From: Eledone cirrhosa | Lineage: Eukaryota | NCBI GenBank assembly: GCA_964016885.1 | Contig: OZ024753.1 | Span: forward strand, 38,626,001-38,690,000 | Reading direction: 5' to 3' | Length of the DNA stretch: 64,000 bases | In this document: positions 44,746-58,342 of the stretch, in pieces | Layout of the letters: every line of letters starts with the position of its first letter | Numbering within the stretch: the first letter of the stretch is position 1 | Notes under the pieces: generated by a model | Seen by the model: only the letters and a program-made list of their open reading frames with translations | The model's database searches: none | Told to the model about the DNA's origin: nothing | Position numbers and translations under genes: made by a program

Positions 44746-45212
44746 GTGCAAATATATAATCATATAATATTTAAAGCTAGATTGGAATTAAAGAAAATCA
44801 GAAAAAAATGCCAATATCGACCATAAAGCAACAACAACCATAACAGCATTAGCAACAACAACAATACAACAATGACAACAACAATGACAACTACTACAAC
44901 AAATACAAAAGAGAAGAAATGATTAAGTGAAAAGACAGGATGTGGTACGGATTGGAGAAAATATTTAAATACAGAGAGAAATAAATGAATTAAAAATTGA
45001 TTAATATAGTATTGAATATTGTTGTATAATATATAACATTGGTCAACAGCCAAAGTGGTTCCTACATATGAATATGTGCTTCTTACTAATTTTCTAGCAC
45101 TGAATTCAGTTTCGACACTAATTTTTTGCTATTGGACCAGGATTTCTGTATATTGGATTGGAAATATCTTCTGTGTACAGTTTCTATCCCTTTTTAAACT
45201 TTTTGAATGACC

Positions 45213-45575
45213 AAGCATAGATGAGTTGAGAGAGAAACTGTGTATAAGAGGGATAAGTTGTAGTGTGCGGGAGAGAAGACTGTGTTGGTATGGACATGTG
45301 ATGTGCATGGAGGATGACCGCTGAGTAAAGAAGTGCCAAGAAATCCCAGTAGAAGGAAGATGCAGTAGAGGAAGAGCATGAAAAAGATGGGCAGAGGTGG
45401 TGAGAGCTGAAGCTCAGATTGCTGAATCTCATGGAGGAGATGACGAAGGACCGTGACAAATGGAGAGATGCTGTGCTGAATAAGACCCATCCCACCCTTG
45501 CAAGCAGGGAAAAGCAGACATAAAATGATGATGATGATGATGATGATGACGATGATGATGATGATGATGATGATG
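45213..45575 (+). mobile_element. RTE-clade LINE 3' fragment nested in the transposon
   Basis: Translates ...RERRLCWYGHVMCMEDDR*VKKCQEIPVEGRCSRGRA*KRW...DRDKWR; (GAT)n tail. Confidence 0.85.
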
Positions 45576-45632
45576 AGGCATGTATATATACTAACTAGTG
45601 ATTTATTTTGCTTTATTGGTTTTAACAATACT

Positions 45633-47302
45633 TCATATATTGAGAAAACCTTTTCTTGATTTCACTTCTACGCTTGTTCTGCAGGTTGTCCTCACATTGC
45701 AGTGTCCAGCTGTAGTGTCCAGCTGCAGTGTCCAGCTGTAGTGTCCAAACATATTCGGAATGAACCGGTCCTGATACCTGCTCTCCATTATCGCAATGTC
45801 TTGATGAAACCTTTCTCCATGTTCATCAATGATGTCTCCTAGGTTATCCGGGAAGAAATCCAGATGAGAATGGAAGAAATGAAGCTTGAAGGGCAGTCGT
45901 GGACCCAGAGCTCGATAATTTTGTATCATGGTTTCAACAGTTTCTTCATAGTTGTCTGCACGGTGATTTCCAAGAAAGTTCTGTGTCACATCAACAAATG
46001 ATTTCCATGCAGCAGTCTGGAAATGGTTTAGTGTTTTAGCAAACTCCCTATCATTAACCAGCATATGAATCTGAGCACCATTCAAAACCCCTGCTTTTAA
46101 TGTTGCTCCAGATACCACACCAGCCAACTTCTTACTCAAGTACTGAAACCCACTTCCTGTATGATCCATGCCTTTTATGAAATTTTTTACCAAGCCTAAT
46201 TTGAGATGTAATGGAGGCAGGAATACTTTTTCTGACTCTATTAGTGGTTTGTACTGGCACTTGAACCTGCCTGTAACATTCTTTGGTCTTGCTGGCCACT
46301 TTTTAAAGTAGTGCTCCACATCTGCTCTAGTATTCTACAAACACAGAAAGCACATATGCTTTGTGTAACCAGTCTGAGGACCTAGAGTAAGACTAATTAC
46401 TTTGAGATCCCCACATATTTTCCACTGGTACTTTTGGTACTCAATAGAGGAAAGCAAAATTTTCATTGTTTCATAATGTTCAGCCATATTTGTTGCAGGA
46501 GGAAGCTGATTTCCTATATGTAGGAGGATGGCTTTTAGAGTATTTTTGCCTGAATCAATGAAAAGCCTCCAATCAACTGAATCAGATTTGCAGAGTTGTT
46601 GCATGAGAGACTCTGCATCATGACAATAGCAAAAATTATTTTCCATTTTGAAAAAAGCAGAAAGTTGTTCATGCTGATGATGAGCAGTTGTGATGCTAAC
46701 GCCGGGTTCCAAGCAGGTTACGCTGCTTCAGTCTTGATCCCAGTACCTCTACCTTTTCTTTAGACAAATCTAGGTCCCTAATAAGATCATGAAGAACTCC
46801 CTGGTTAAATGATATAGGTTGAGTTGGCTCTGGTTAGTTTTGATAGTCATGATCCATAGAGCTGCTACTGGAATCAGAATACATGCTTAGCTCGAGTTCA
46901 GCAGGTGGAACTGGAACTGGTTTTTTTTTTGCTGTGTATTACTGGTCAGATTGTTGAAGGGATATTGGGGTATTGTATTGTAGTTCGTGTCTTGACAGTT
47001 ATTCCTTTGGTGTTTGTAAGGCAGAAGTAACAGTATATTATTATACTTTCTGGGTTCTTGCCACACCATTGGTATGGCAAAAGACAAACCAGAGCTTCGC
47101 TTTCCAATCAACCATTAACTCAGGTGATTGACACTATATGAGGTGCCCGTTTCTTGTCTTGGTCTCCTAATGGGATTTTAAAGTTGGCTTTGTAGTTTAA
47201 TCAAACTGCTTTGGTGATAGGTTTCTTAATGCTTTCTGGAGTGAAGAGTCCACAAATATAACAAAATTGGTTGGGATCATTTACACATTTGCAGCGTTCC
47301 AT
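45633..47302 (-). pseudogene. Transposase pseudogene (Chapaev3-like)
   Basis: MERCKCVNDPNQFCYICG, FAIPMVWQEP, WRLFIDS, WKICGDLKV, GYTKHMCFLCL, PPLHLKLGLVKNF, HSHLDFFPDNLG..DEHGERFHQDI; stops and frameshifts. Confidence 0.85.
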
Positions 47303-47876
47303 CTTTTCCAATAGAGTCAGTGATTGTGAATTATTACAATAACAGCATTGGTTAGTTGTAACTGACTGATCTGAAATAAAAGAAAATCAAAAATTGGTTA
47401 ACCATAAGCAAATATAATGGATGTAACATGGAGAAAATAATATGAGCTGCCTAATATGAGTCACAGAAACTGTTATGTTGGTTCTTAAAAACTAAATCCG
47501 ATGCGGCTTAACTGTTGTCATATTTGGATTCAGCACCTTTGATTACCCAGAACTCAGACCAGATCAGACCAGAACCATGAACAAAATATTTTTTAGTTGA
47601 CCAGTGTAATTAACAGAAGATAAAAATATGCTATATAACAGTTTAACAAATACAAGAATAAGGATATACATACAGATATACATATATTATAGAGTAAATG
47701 TATATATATACATATAGTATATATATACATATAGTATATATATATATATATATATATAGTATATATATATACATATAGTATATATATATACATATATATA
47801 TATCAGTTATAAAAATATTTGCTTGTTGTATCCCAACAAATTAAATTTAACTTCTACATATATATATATATATATA

Positions 47877-48040
47877 TATTGTTATATTTGGGGAGGGTCC
47901 TATTGTTATAATATTGCAAGAAATAATAACAGAACACACTCACTGTTTGGTTTGGGTTATTATATTATAATAATATGACCTTCATATTATTATAATATGA
48001 CCCTCCCCAAATATAACAATATTTGTTTCAACACACAATT
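47877..48040 (+). mobile_element. Family I island: inverted segment plus forward 3' end
   Basis: 47877-47957 is the reverse complement of the 59910-59992 type sequence; forward copy ~47985-48038. Confidence 0.7.
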
Positions 48041-48053
48041 TCACACACACACT

Positions 48054-48100
<47 letters not shown>

Positions 48101-48282
48101 GTATAAATACATATACATACACATATGAAACAAACCCCTTAACCTCACAGTCATAACTGTGCCCAATGATCAGAAGGCTAAGATTAAAAATTTCTTCTAA
48201 ACATTTGTCAAATCTTTCTAAGAAAAAAAGCCAAAAAAACAGGAAGCCCTTAAGAACATTTTAAAATTCGAAACACATACAT

Positions 48283-48350
48283 ATACCTGCAGACAAAACC
48301 AAACATCTATACAACATTGACATTCCCAGTTACAATGTACTTCTTAAAAA
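48283..48350 (+). pseudogene. Penelope-like RT N-terminal fragment
   Basis: Translates IPADKTKHLYNIDIPSYNVLLKN, matching the ADKT..Y.....Y..LL pre-RT motif of PLEs. Confidence 0.5.
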
Positions 48351-48443
48351 TGAACAACATAGGAATAATTTAAAAGTAAAACAAATTCTAACACAATGAA
48401 GACCAACAAAATATAAATGTGTATTGTAACACTCCCAGCTTAA

Positions 48444-48650
48444 CCTTTTAATGTTCAAACAGGTCAAAACTGGCCAGATTTCTCAACCTCTTTCTGTTGA
48501 AACTGGCTGTAACCGGTTGCTCAAACTGATGTTAAGGTATTGTTCTCAAAATGAATAATATCAAAATTTCATAGATTCGATATTATGTGAGGTAAAGTGT
48601 TTACCTTGAAAATGCAATAGTATATATAGATTAATGTAAATGTTAAAGGG
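48444..48650. mobile_element. piggyBac-type MITE, second copy
   Basis: TTAA-ccttttaatgttca ... taaatgttaaaggg-TTAA. Confidence 0.6.
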
Positions 48651-49465
48651 TTAAAGTAAACTGATACAGTTTTATGTTTGACTAAGCGTAAACCATATGT
48701 ATAGAATCATTAACCCTGCAAAGAATAAATTAAATTAAAATTAGTGAATATATATTTGGTTTCTTTATTTTAAAATGTAATTACTTTACATTTATGGAAT
48801 AATAGCGCCTTGCCTCCATAGTATAGATGATAAACTGTTGAAGAAATTGGACAATAATGGTTTCTAGCATTGGTACAAGACCAACAAATTTGTGTTATGA
48901 GGAAAGTAAATAATATCGACTCCAGTACTTAACTGGTACTTTATTTTATTGACCTCGGCGTGGGACTTGAACACAGAATGTAAGAAAAAATAAATTGAAA
49001 ATATACTACTAAATGTTTGTTGTACGCTCTAAAGTCACGGTTAGGAAAGTAAATGATAATAAAAATTTTTGATTTAGGCATAGGGCCTACAATTTTGTGG
49101 GGAAGGAAAAGTCAATCAAATCAACTCCAATGTGTTACTGGTACTTTATTTTATTGACCCTGCAAGGATGAAAGGCAAACTTGACCTTGGTGCAGGATTT
49201 AATACTAATGCGACTATTAGGAAACTAAACAATACTAATAATTGTTGCTACTTTTGGCACAAGGCCAGCAATTACCCCAGTGCATTACGGGTACTTTATT
49301 TTATCAATCCCGTAAGGATGAAATGGAAAGTTAACCTCGGTGGGATGTTTTCTAATTTTTGGTACAAGGTCAGCAGATTTCAGAGTAGGGAAAAGGCATC
49401 ATCCTCATCATCAGTATCAGTGTTATTATCAGAATATATTTGTAATATAACATACAAGCATAGTA

Positions 49466-49733
49466 ACATCATCATCATCATCATCATCATCATTTTATGT
49501 AACGCTTTTTCCTGCTTGCAAGGGTGGGACGGGTCTCATTCAGCATCTCTCCACTTGTCATCTTTTCCGTGAGCTTCACCAATCTGAGGTCCGCTCTCAC
49601 CACCTCCGGCCATGTTTTTCATGGTCTTCCTCTACTGCGTCTTCCTTCTACTAGCACTTCTTTACCCAGCGGTCATCCTCCATGTGCATCACATGTCCAT
49701 ACCGTTGCAGTCTTCTCTCCTGCACACTATAAC
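49466..49733 (-). mobile_element. RTE LINE 3' fragment
   Basis: Reverse complement of the 45255-45540 type sequence with a (cat)n tail. Confidence 0.8.
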
Positions 49734-49734
49734 T

Positions 49735-51823
49735 GTTTGTTTATTTCCACTGGATTTGTCTTAAACTGGTTAAAATGTTTAGGGAATTATTGGCTTATTA
49801 ATGATTTGACTCCTACTGATTTTTTGGACAGATCCTGTTTATGTCTTTGTTACTCTGTTGGTGAATAATGGAGACAGATTCTTAGCTATAATATTATCAT
49901 GTTTAGGGCGGTGGATTGGCAGTATCAAAAGAGAGTCGGACACCATGCTTTGCAGCATAGGGTCATGCCCTTTACAGTCTGAGTTCAAATCCCGCCGGCG
50001 TTAACTTTGCCTTTCATCCTTACGAGGTCGATTAAATAAAGTACTAGTAATGCACTGGGGTAATTGCTGGCCTTGTGCCAATAGTAGAAACAATAATATT
50101 ATCATGTTTAGTCCTATCTAAGCTATTCTATGATTTGCTCCTGTACAATGGGCAAATTCCTTTCATGTCTATTTCTATGAGGGTCTTATATTTCTCCATG
50201 GCTTCTTTGTATACTCTGATTCTGTCTCTTTGATTGTAGCCAGAGAACTTCATGCGATTGATGAAATGTTTGATGTGTCTTTCCAGTTAGGTCGCTCATG
50301 GGGGACATATTCTTCATCACTCTTACCAAACCTGCGATCAGAATATTAAAATTAGCACTATTGGATATTGCCGAATTTTTTAGTATAACGTATTTGGAGA
50401 TCATGGGTTTAGTATAATGTGAGTGGAGAATTTGGGCCCTCTCGTTTATAGTGTTTAACCAGAGTTCAGTGTCTAATACTGGTAATCTATTGTTAGGGTG
50501 TTAAGAAGGGTAGTCAATAGTTACAGTTATGCTCTAGTGTATGGCGTTAGCAATCTGTTGGATGCTCTCCATTGTGTTATTTTTGAGTTCAGGTTTATTG
50601 GTACTCTCTTGTAGGGGTGTTCTTATTATTATATTGATATCGTCTACGTAATGAGAGTACACGACGAGGGTTATGGAGTTATCTTATAGGAGTTCTCTGA
50701 GTTTCTTAACCACCATACCATAAATAGTTTGGCAACGTTGGAAGTTATGCAGAGATTATGGTGGTGGTGGGGGGGGGGGGGGTCTACCTCTTATAGGTCT
50801 ACTGGGGCAGAAACAGCTAAGGTCATGATTATCTAGGTACTCAATGTCATAAGTAAGTCTAAGTAGGAGGCCCAGTACATCCATGTCAACGTTGCAGAAC
50901 TCCACTTCACTCTCACTGATTATTTCCACACATTTTTCCACAGCAAAATCAATGTCAATGGATGGGTACAGAGATATTACATCCATACTGCCTATCATGC
51001 AGTTTGTTAAGTTTTCGTTGTTGTTGCATTCATTGATTCTACTAAGGAAGTCCTCTGTGCTGTCACATATATCTGGGGACATCTTAATTATGGGGCATAT
51101 AATCATAGAGCGGAAGTAGGGGATCCTGTAGTTACTGGCAATATTAGCTCCTCATATAGGTCTTGTTGGTGGTCCTGTCATAGGGTCGTTAGTTGTTTTA
51201 TGGTCTTTGCGGAGTCCATATAAGGGTGGTATGTCATACTTGGTTTTAGGATGTTGGTCCACATCATCATGTGAGCATTGAGGATCTTTTCTCTCTCCTC
51301 ATGTGTCTGTGGTGTTGTTTCGCTAGTGTTGATGATGTGGGGTAGCATAGCCTTGATGTAATTCGGCATGCTGTCTATTGACATCCTACTGGATTTGTCT
51401 TTAAGTAGACACATTACCTCACCATCCTTAGTGGCCACATGAGGCTAAGTAGGCCTTCTGAAGGTTTTCTTCCAAGTTGTTGAATTTCTGGTCTGTTTTG
51501 TCTCCTAGTGTTTGTTCTACTACTTGTCTAAGTTTATTCCTATCTATAGTAAACACTGCCTCTGTTTGGTCTTCTATTTGTTGTGGTATAAAAACCCTTT
51601 TAATAAATGGTAATTTAGTAGGGTATATTTACTTAATCTTGTATGTTTTGTAAGCTGGGTTGAAGAACAGGTTTTCTAAGGGGTTGTCATTAAATCTACC
51701 GTTATAATTGTGGGTACTATTATTATTATTATAGTTGTTATTGTTTTCCCTACTGTTAACGTTGTTATTGTTATTTCTGTTATGGTTGGTACATGAATTG
51801 TTGTTATTATTATAGTTATTGTT
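49735..51823 (-). pseudogene. Penelope-like reverse transcriptase pseudogene, left copy
   Basis: KDKSSR, STEDFLSRI, SMDVISLYPSID (motif A), VYSHYVDDI (motif C), DYPS..PNNRLPVLDTELW, HYTKPM, MKFSGY...GICPLYR; motif B' deleted; frameshifts. Confidence 0.8.
49907..50092 (+). mobile_element. SINE family 1 inserted in the PLE
   Basis: Full length; 19-bp TSD ataatattatcatgtttag at 49888 and 50093. Confidence 0.9.
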
Positions 51824-51963
51824 TCCAGCATAGTTACGTCCCTTTACGACCTGAGTTCAAATCCCGCTGAGGTTGACTTTGCTTTTCATCCTTACAGGGT
51901 CGATAAAATAAAGTACCAGTAATGCACTGGATAATTGCTGGCCTTGTGCCTAAAGTAGAAACA
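51824..51963 (+). mobile_element. 5'-truncated SINE family 1 with TSD
   Basis: TSD attattatagttattgtt at 51806 and 51964; the same insertion is mirrored at 58203-58342. Confidence 0.85.
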
Positions 51964-53465
51964 ATTATTATAGTTATTGTTGTTATATATATGCATGAGG
52001 CTAAGTAGGCCTTCTGTAGGTTTTCTTCCAAGTTGTTGAATTTCTGCTGTTTTGTCTCTTAGTGTTTGTTCTACTACTTGTCTAAGTTTATTCCTATCTA
52101 TAGTAAACACTGCCTCTGTTTGTCATCTATTTGTTGTGGTATAAAACCACACATAAATATATATATATACATATAAATACATTATGTCATTTGTATGTTA
52201 AAATAATAAAATAAAATTATTTCTGCAGTGTCAGCTCGATATTGAACCTCTCACTTCGTTACGAAAGAATGAGTACCCATTACTCCTACCAACGAAGCAA
52301 CCAGAGAATTTACTGAAAACTTTATATATTTATATATTTAAAGTAATAAAACCTTTAATTTATTTATTTAATTATAAATACGGAAAGTGGAGCAATAGAA
52401 GATAAGTAAAACTTCAAAACAATAATAATACCCGACATAGTTTTGAGAATAATAGTGTAAAATTAAAATTGACACCGGTTTCGGAATTTCACGTTACCCT
52501 TGACCTCTCGCTCCCACGGACATTTTTGAGATTAAAGAGAGGTGGGAGAGTAAATTAATTGTTTTATTTATATATCAAACAAGGAACAAGATGCCGGGAA
52601 AGAAATTAAAAAATTTGCTATGGTTAACAAAATAAAATTGAGCCATTACCCCTCCCATGATGCAACAGTGGAGGTAAATACTTTGACGATTTAGCGACAT
52701 CAGTTCCCAAAATTTCACCGAGCCGAAATCTCAAGAACGATAACTCCGTTTTTACTTAATCGCAAAAATCGGTGCAAAAAAGTTTCACATTTGTATGAAC
52801 CTATGTATCTCTCTCTCTCTCTGTATATGTTTATATATATATATACATTTCAGTTATAAATATTTACTAGTTGTAACCCAACAATTTTAAATATAACTTT
52901 CCATATATATATATATATATAAAGGGTAAACAAGGTTCAATGAATAAATCAAAGAATGAGTTTTACAATAGATTCCTCTGTATTATATGTAGGTTTTTTT
53001 TTCATCTTTCAATATTAAGGTATATAAATATTGAGTTTTGTCATATTACTCGCTACCATGACTGAATCTTAACCATCTACTATGTCAGGGTATGTCATGC
53101 ATCATCTTATTTTATCTTAATTATATATATAAAGAGAGCGAGAGAGAGAGAGAGAGAGAGAGCAGTGGCCCTCCGTCGGTTACGACGACGAGAATTCCTG
53201 TTTTTATTACTAAGAAATAAAATTTGACTAACAGAAAGGCATGAACGACACCAGATCTTTTTTTATAACCTACCCAGGGTTGTTTTGAAGCTGTAACCTG
53301 AGTTTCATTTCTTTCTGTGTGTGTGTGTGTGTGTGCCCTAAAATAGTCCCTTATTCCTATATTAGAGTGTGTGCCTGTGTAATATTAGAATCTATTAGAC
53401 TTTCATCACATACGTGTCTCTCTATGTCAATCAAATTACCTACTTACAATGGTTGGCGTTATATG

Positions 53466-53529
<64 letters not shown>

Positions 53530-53533
<4 letters not shown>

Positions 53534-53860
53534 AAATAAACATCAAGCAATTACAGGTAACATATTAAAAATTAACGAGAACCTTAAATACCTTGCAATA
53601 CTGATTAATCTCCTTTCATTAAAGAAATATATTTCACCATTAATAGGCAAATCACAGATCTTAAATTCCGGATCATCTCAAAGGAGGATGTTTAACTATT
53701 TGTGATTAAACACGAAGAACAAATCTGGAAATGACGAAAAGCAAGTGTGGTTTAAAAAAAAAATACACATCGCCCCGCTGTGAACCCAGTGACGTTAATG
53801 GGATTATCGACAGCTAGAAATAGCAGCCCTTTTAATTGTTTGATGTGTTTATTTTATTTT
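53530..53860. mobile_element. ~330-bp MITE-like module Z with ~20-bp terminal inverted repeats in TA
   Basis: aataaacatcaagcaatta ... taattgtttgatgtgtttatt; inverted homologue at 56521-56880. Confidence 0.55.
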
Positions 53861-53994
53861 ATATATATATTATGTTAATCGATTTTTAATTTAATGTTAA
53901 TAAATGTTCAGATTTATCTATTAGAATCTTTGAGCTTATTCTACAGGTGGTATTGCACATGTTTCTCAGACATGACCTCATTAATTTAATTTTG

Positions 53995-54079
<85 letters not shown>

Positions 54080-55430
54080 TAAAATACATGATAAACACAA
54101 AACGTGTTTGCATTGCAACAGATAGTCAGGTATTAATGAAATAAACTAATTAAAGTGAATACAATTTGTCTGTCTCGATATATATATATACATACGTCAA
54201 CTTTACAGACACATATATGTGAATAAGAATCGTAATAGACTAATTAATAAACTTTGCCTACTGAAACATTTTTCACCTATTTTTGCGAATGAAACTCTGG
54301 ATTACAGGTTCAAATCAACCCTGGGCAGGTGAGCAACATCGTAAAAAAGGTTTTGGTGCCGTTTATGCCTTTCTTAGTCAATAATATAAACATTAATTCT
54401 CATCGTCGTAACCGACGGAGTGCCACTGCTCTCTCTCTCTTTATATATATATATATATATATATAAACGGAAAAAATGAAACGAAATTTCATTTCCCACT
54501 CTTAGTACGGCTGTTACTTAAATATAAGTATGTACACGTACATACATATATGTGTACAGACGTACAGTAGTATGTATAAATATAAACACAAATGCACACA
54601 TATATATATGTACGTATGGATTCACCGAACATTTATTATAATGCTCGGTGTGTTTGTAAACAAACATCCCGTATTAAGCCGTAGTGTCTAGCAACCATCG
54701 TATATATATATATATGTTAAGTAATTATATGTGTTCGGATATATATCAAATACAGAGAGAGATACATATAAACTACACAAAAGACTGAAACTTTTTTGCA
54801 CCGATTTTTGCGATTAAGTAAAAACGGAGTTATCGTTCTTGAGATTTCGGCTTGGAGAAATTTGGGGAACTGATGTCGCTAAATCGTCAAAGTATTTACC
54901 TCCACTGTTGCATCATGGGAGGAGTAAAGGCTCAATTTTATTTTGTAAACGACAGCAACTTTTTAAATTTCTTTCCCAGTATCTTGTTCCTTATTTGATA
55001 TAAGTAAATAAATAAAACAATTAATTTACTCCCCTCCTCCCTTTAATCTGAAAATCATATTACCGTGGGGGCGAAGGGTTTAACGTAAAGCCCCCACGGT
55101 AATTTGATGTTCAGATTAAAGAGAGGTGGGGGGAGTAAATTAATCTTTATATTTATTTACTTATATCAAACAAGGAACAAGATGCCGGCAAAGAAATTTT
55201 AAAATTTGCTATGGTTAAAATAAAATTGAGCCTTTACCCCTCCCATGATGCAACAGTGGAGGTAAATACTTTGACGATTTAGCGACATCAATTCCCCAAA
55301 TTTCTCCGAGTCGAAATCTCAAGAACGATAACTCCGTTTTTACTTAATCGCAAAAATCGGTGCAAAAACGTTTCAGATTTATATCTCTCTCTCTGTATTT
55401 GATATATAAATTACTTAACTTAACATATAT

Positions 55431-55483
<53 letters not shown>

Positions 55484-55795
55484 AGTGGCACTCCGTCGGT
55501 TACGACGAAGAGAATTCCTGTTTATATTATTGACTAAGAAATACATGAACGACACCAAGAACTCCGTTTTTACTTAATCGCAAAAAAATGTTTCAGTAGG
55601 GAAAGTGTGTACGAGTATGATTGTATGAACATATATTTATATGTATCTCTCTCTCTATTTGATATATATATATATAAATATAGTTTCCATTTATTAATAT
55701 ATTGTATATTTACTCCACTTATCGTTGAGTGCTTTATATTAGTTATAACAATTTTTAAGCTTGTTGAATCCTAACAAATTAAATATAACCTCTGC

Positions 55796-55830
<35 letters not shown>

Positions 55831-55831
55831 A

Positions 55832-56300
55832 GTGCGAGCCCTCGGAGTGCTACCGGCAACAAGTAACCCAGTACAGCCTGATCTCATGGTCGGGTCGTCG
55901 GCGACTAAACCGGCAACCCCATCAAGCTTCCACCAAGCAAGCTTGGTGGGGTTGCCGGTTTAGTCGCCGACGACCCGATATTTGGATACCCTACAGGATG
56001 AAATACAAGATCAGGCAAAGGGCGGAGGAACTCAGCAGAGGCAACGTCCATCCAAATAGTACTTTTTCTTTCTCCCCCCCACCTCCATCACCTTGGAGTG
56101 AAAGACCCCCGTTATTGTCACACCTTTCTAGGAGTGGGAAACTGAAAAAAAACAACAAAAAAACTTGTGGCTTCGGAAGCCTCCGATGATGTTGACCAGT
56201 TCTCCTTTTCGAGTAGTGTTTTCGATGCTCAGAGAGTGGGATTAGTCGAGTGCAAATTATTTCTCAACTTAAAAAACCTTCAAAGCTCAGGCATTGCTTG
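55832..56300 (+). mobile_element. RTE-type 5'UTR-like segment related to 14919-15280, with an internal 40-bp fold-back
   Basis: Shares tctcatggtcgggtcgt(c/t)ggcgactaaac, caaagggc, gatgttgac, agagagtggga and caggcattgctt with the 14919 element. Confidence 0.6.
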
Positions 56301-56876
56301 TTCAGGATATATTACAGGTTCGTGTAGCTGGCTGTATACTAAGAGTGCACCAATCTCTATAACCTGACAAGCTATTGCAAAGCCCTTAGCAGAGTTTTCA
56401 GCCATCATATATATATATATATAACCAAAATTAAATTAAGGATGTCATGTCAGAGAAATATGCGCCATACCACCTGTAGAATAAGCTCAAAGATTCTAAG
56501 AGATAATATATATATATATAAAATAAAGACATCAAACAATTAAAGGGGCTGCTATTTCTAGCTGCCGATAATCCTATTAACGTCACTGGGTTCACGGCGG
56601 TGCAATGTGTATTTAAAAAAAAAACCACACGTGACTTTCGTCACCTCCAGATTTGTTTTCCGTGTTTAATCACAAATAATCCCTTTGCCGATCATCTGGA
56701 ATCTAAGATCTGTGATTTGCCGATCAATATTTCTTAATGAAATATACAAAAGAGATTAATCATTATTGTAAGGTATCTATATCTGAAGTTCTCGTTAATT
56801 TTTATTGTTACTTACGTAACTATGTGTGTTTACACTCTTTACAAATTATCCCCTGTAATTGTTTGATGTGTTTATT

Positions 56877-56925
<49 letters not shown>

Positions 56926-57228
56926 TTATATATATGTTAATCTATTTTAATTTAATGTTATATATATATAGATTCTAATATTACGCACAGACACACACAC
57001 ACACACTCGGTCTAACAAACACACACATACACACAGAAATGAAAATCGGATTACAGGTTCAAATCAACATTGTAAAAAAGCAACATTGTAAAAAGAGCAA
57101 CATTGTAAAAAAAAATCTGGCGTCGTTCATGACCTACTTAGTGCTGTTAGTCAAATTTTATTTCATAGTAATAAAAACAGGAATTCACCTCGTCGTAACC
57201 GACGGAGTGCCACTGCTCTCTCTCTCTC

Positions 57229-57286
<58 letters not shown>

Positions 57287-58109
57287 AAGTAATTATATAT
57301 ATATATAGAGAGAGAGAGAAAGAGACACATATAAATATGATACAATAACACAAAAAACTTTCCCTACTGAAACTTTTTTGCACCAATTTTTGCGATTAAG
57401 TAAAAACGGAGTTATCGTTCTTGAGATTTCGGCTCGGAGAAATTTGGGGAACTGATGTCGCTAAATCGTCAAAGTATTTACCTCCACTGTTGCATCATGG
57501 GAGGGGTAATGGCTCAATTTTATTTTGTTAACCACAGCAAATTTTTTTAATTTCTTTCCCAGCATCTTGTTCCTTGTTTGATATAAGTAAATAAATAAAA
57601 CAATTAATTTATACCTCTCCTCTCTTTAATCTGAACATAAAATGTCCGTGGGAGCGAGAGGACAAGGGTTACGTAAAATCCCGAAACCGGTGTAAATTTT
57701 AATTTTACACTATTATTCTCTAAACAATGTCGAATATTATGATTGTTTTGAAGTTTTATTTATCTTTTATCGCTGTACTTTTCGTATTTATAATTAAATA
57801 AATAAATTTAAGGTTTTAATACTTTGAAATTATAAAATTTACAGCAAATTCTCTTGTAACTTCGTTGGTAGGAGTAATGGGTATTCATTCTTTCGTAACG
57901 AGGTGAGAGGTGCAATATCGAGCTGGCACTGCAGAAATAATTTTATTTTATTATTTTAACATACAAATGACATAATGTATATATATATTTATATAATTTA
58001 ATATATTTATATATATATATATATATATATATCCACTCTACTACCCTAAGTATTCAGTAGTGTGGTACGTTATGGGCCACCTGGTTCCTTACCACATTTC
58101 CTTCGTTCC

Positions 58110-58183
<74 letters not shown>

Positions 58184-58202
58184 CAACAATAACTATAATA
58201 AT

Positions 58203-58342
58203 TGTTTCTACTTTAGGCACAAGGCCAGCAATTATTCAGTGCATTACTGGTACTTTATTTTATCGACCCCGTAAGGATGAAAGGCGAAGTCAACCTCAGC
58301 GGGATTTGAACTCAGATCGTAAAGGGACGTAACTATGCTGGA
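58203..58342 (-). mobile_element. 5'-truncated SINE family 1, mirror of 51824-51963
   Basis: Same truncation point and same TSD (aacaataactataataat at 58185 and 58343). Confidence 0.85.

Larger units (their letters stand above)
45037..47606 (-). mobile_element. Chapaev3-type (CMC superfamily) DNA transposon, both ends present
   Basis: TIRs cattggtcaac (45037) and gttgaccagtg (47606), TAA on both sides as a 3-bp TSD; encloses a broken transposase. Family assignment from recalled motifs. Confidence 0.7.
52170..57985. repeat. Compound fold-back array: two adjacent self-inverted units
   Basis: Module X forward 52180-52790 and 55115-55378, reverse 54785-55050 and 57365-57980; module Y (gcagtggc(a/c)ctccgtcggttacgacga) forward 53162 and 55482, reverse ~54430 and ~57217. 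Confidence 0.8.
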
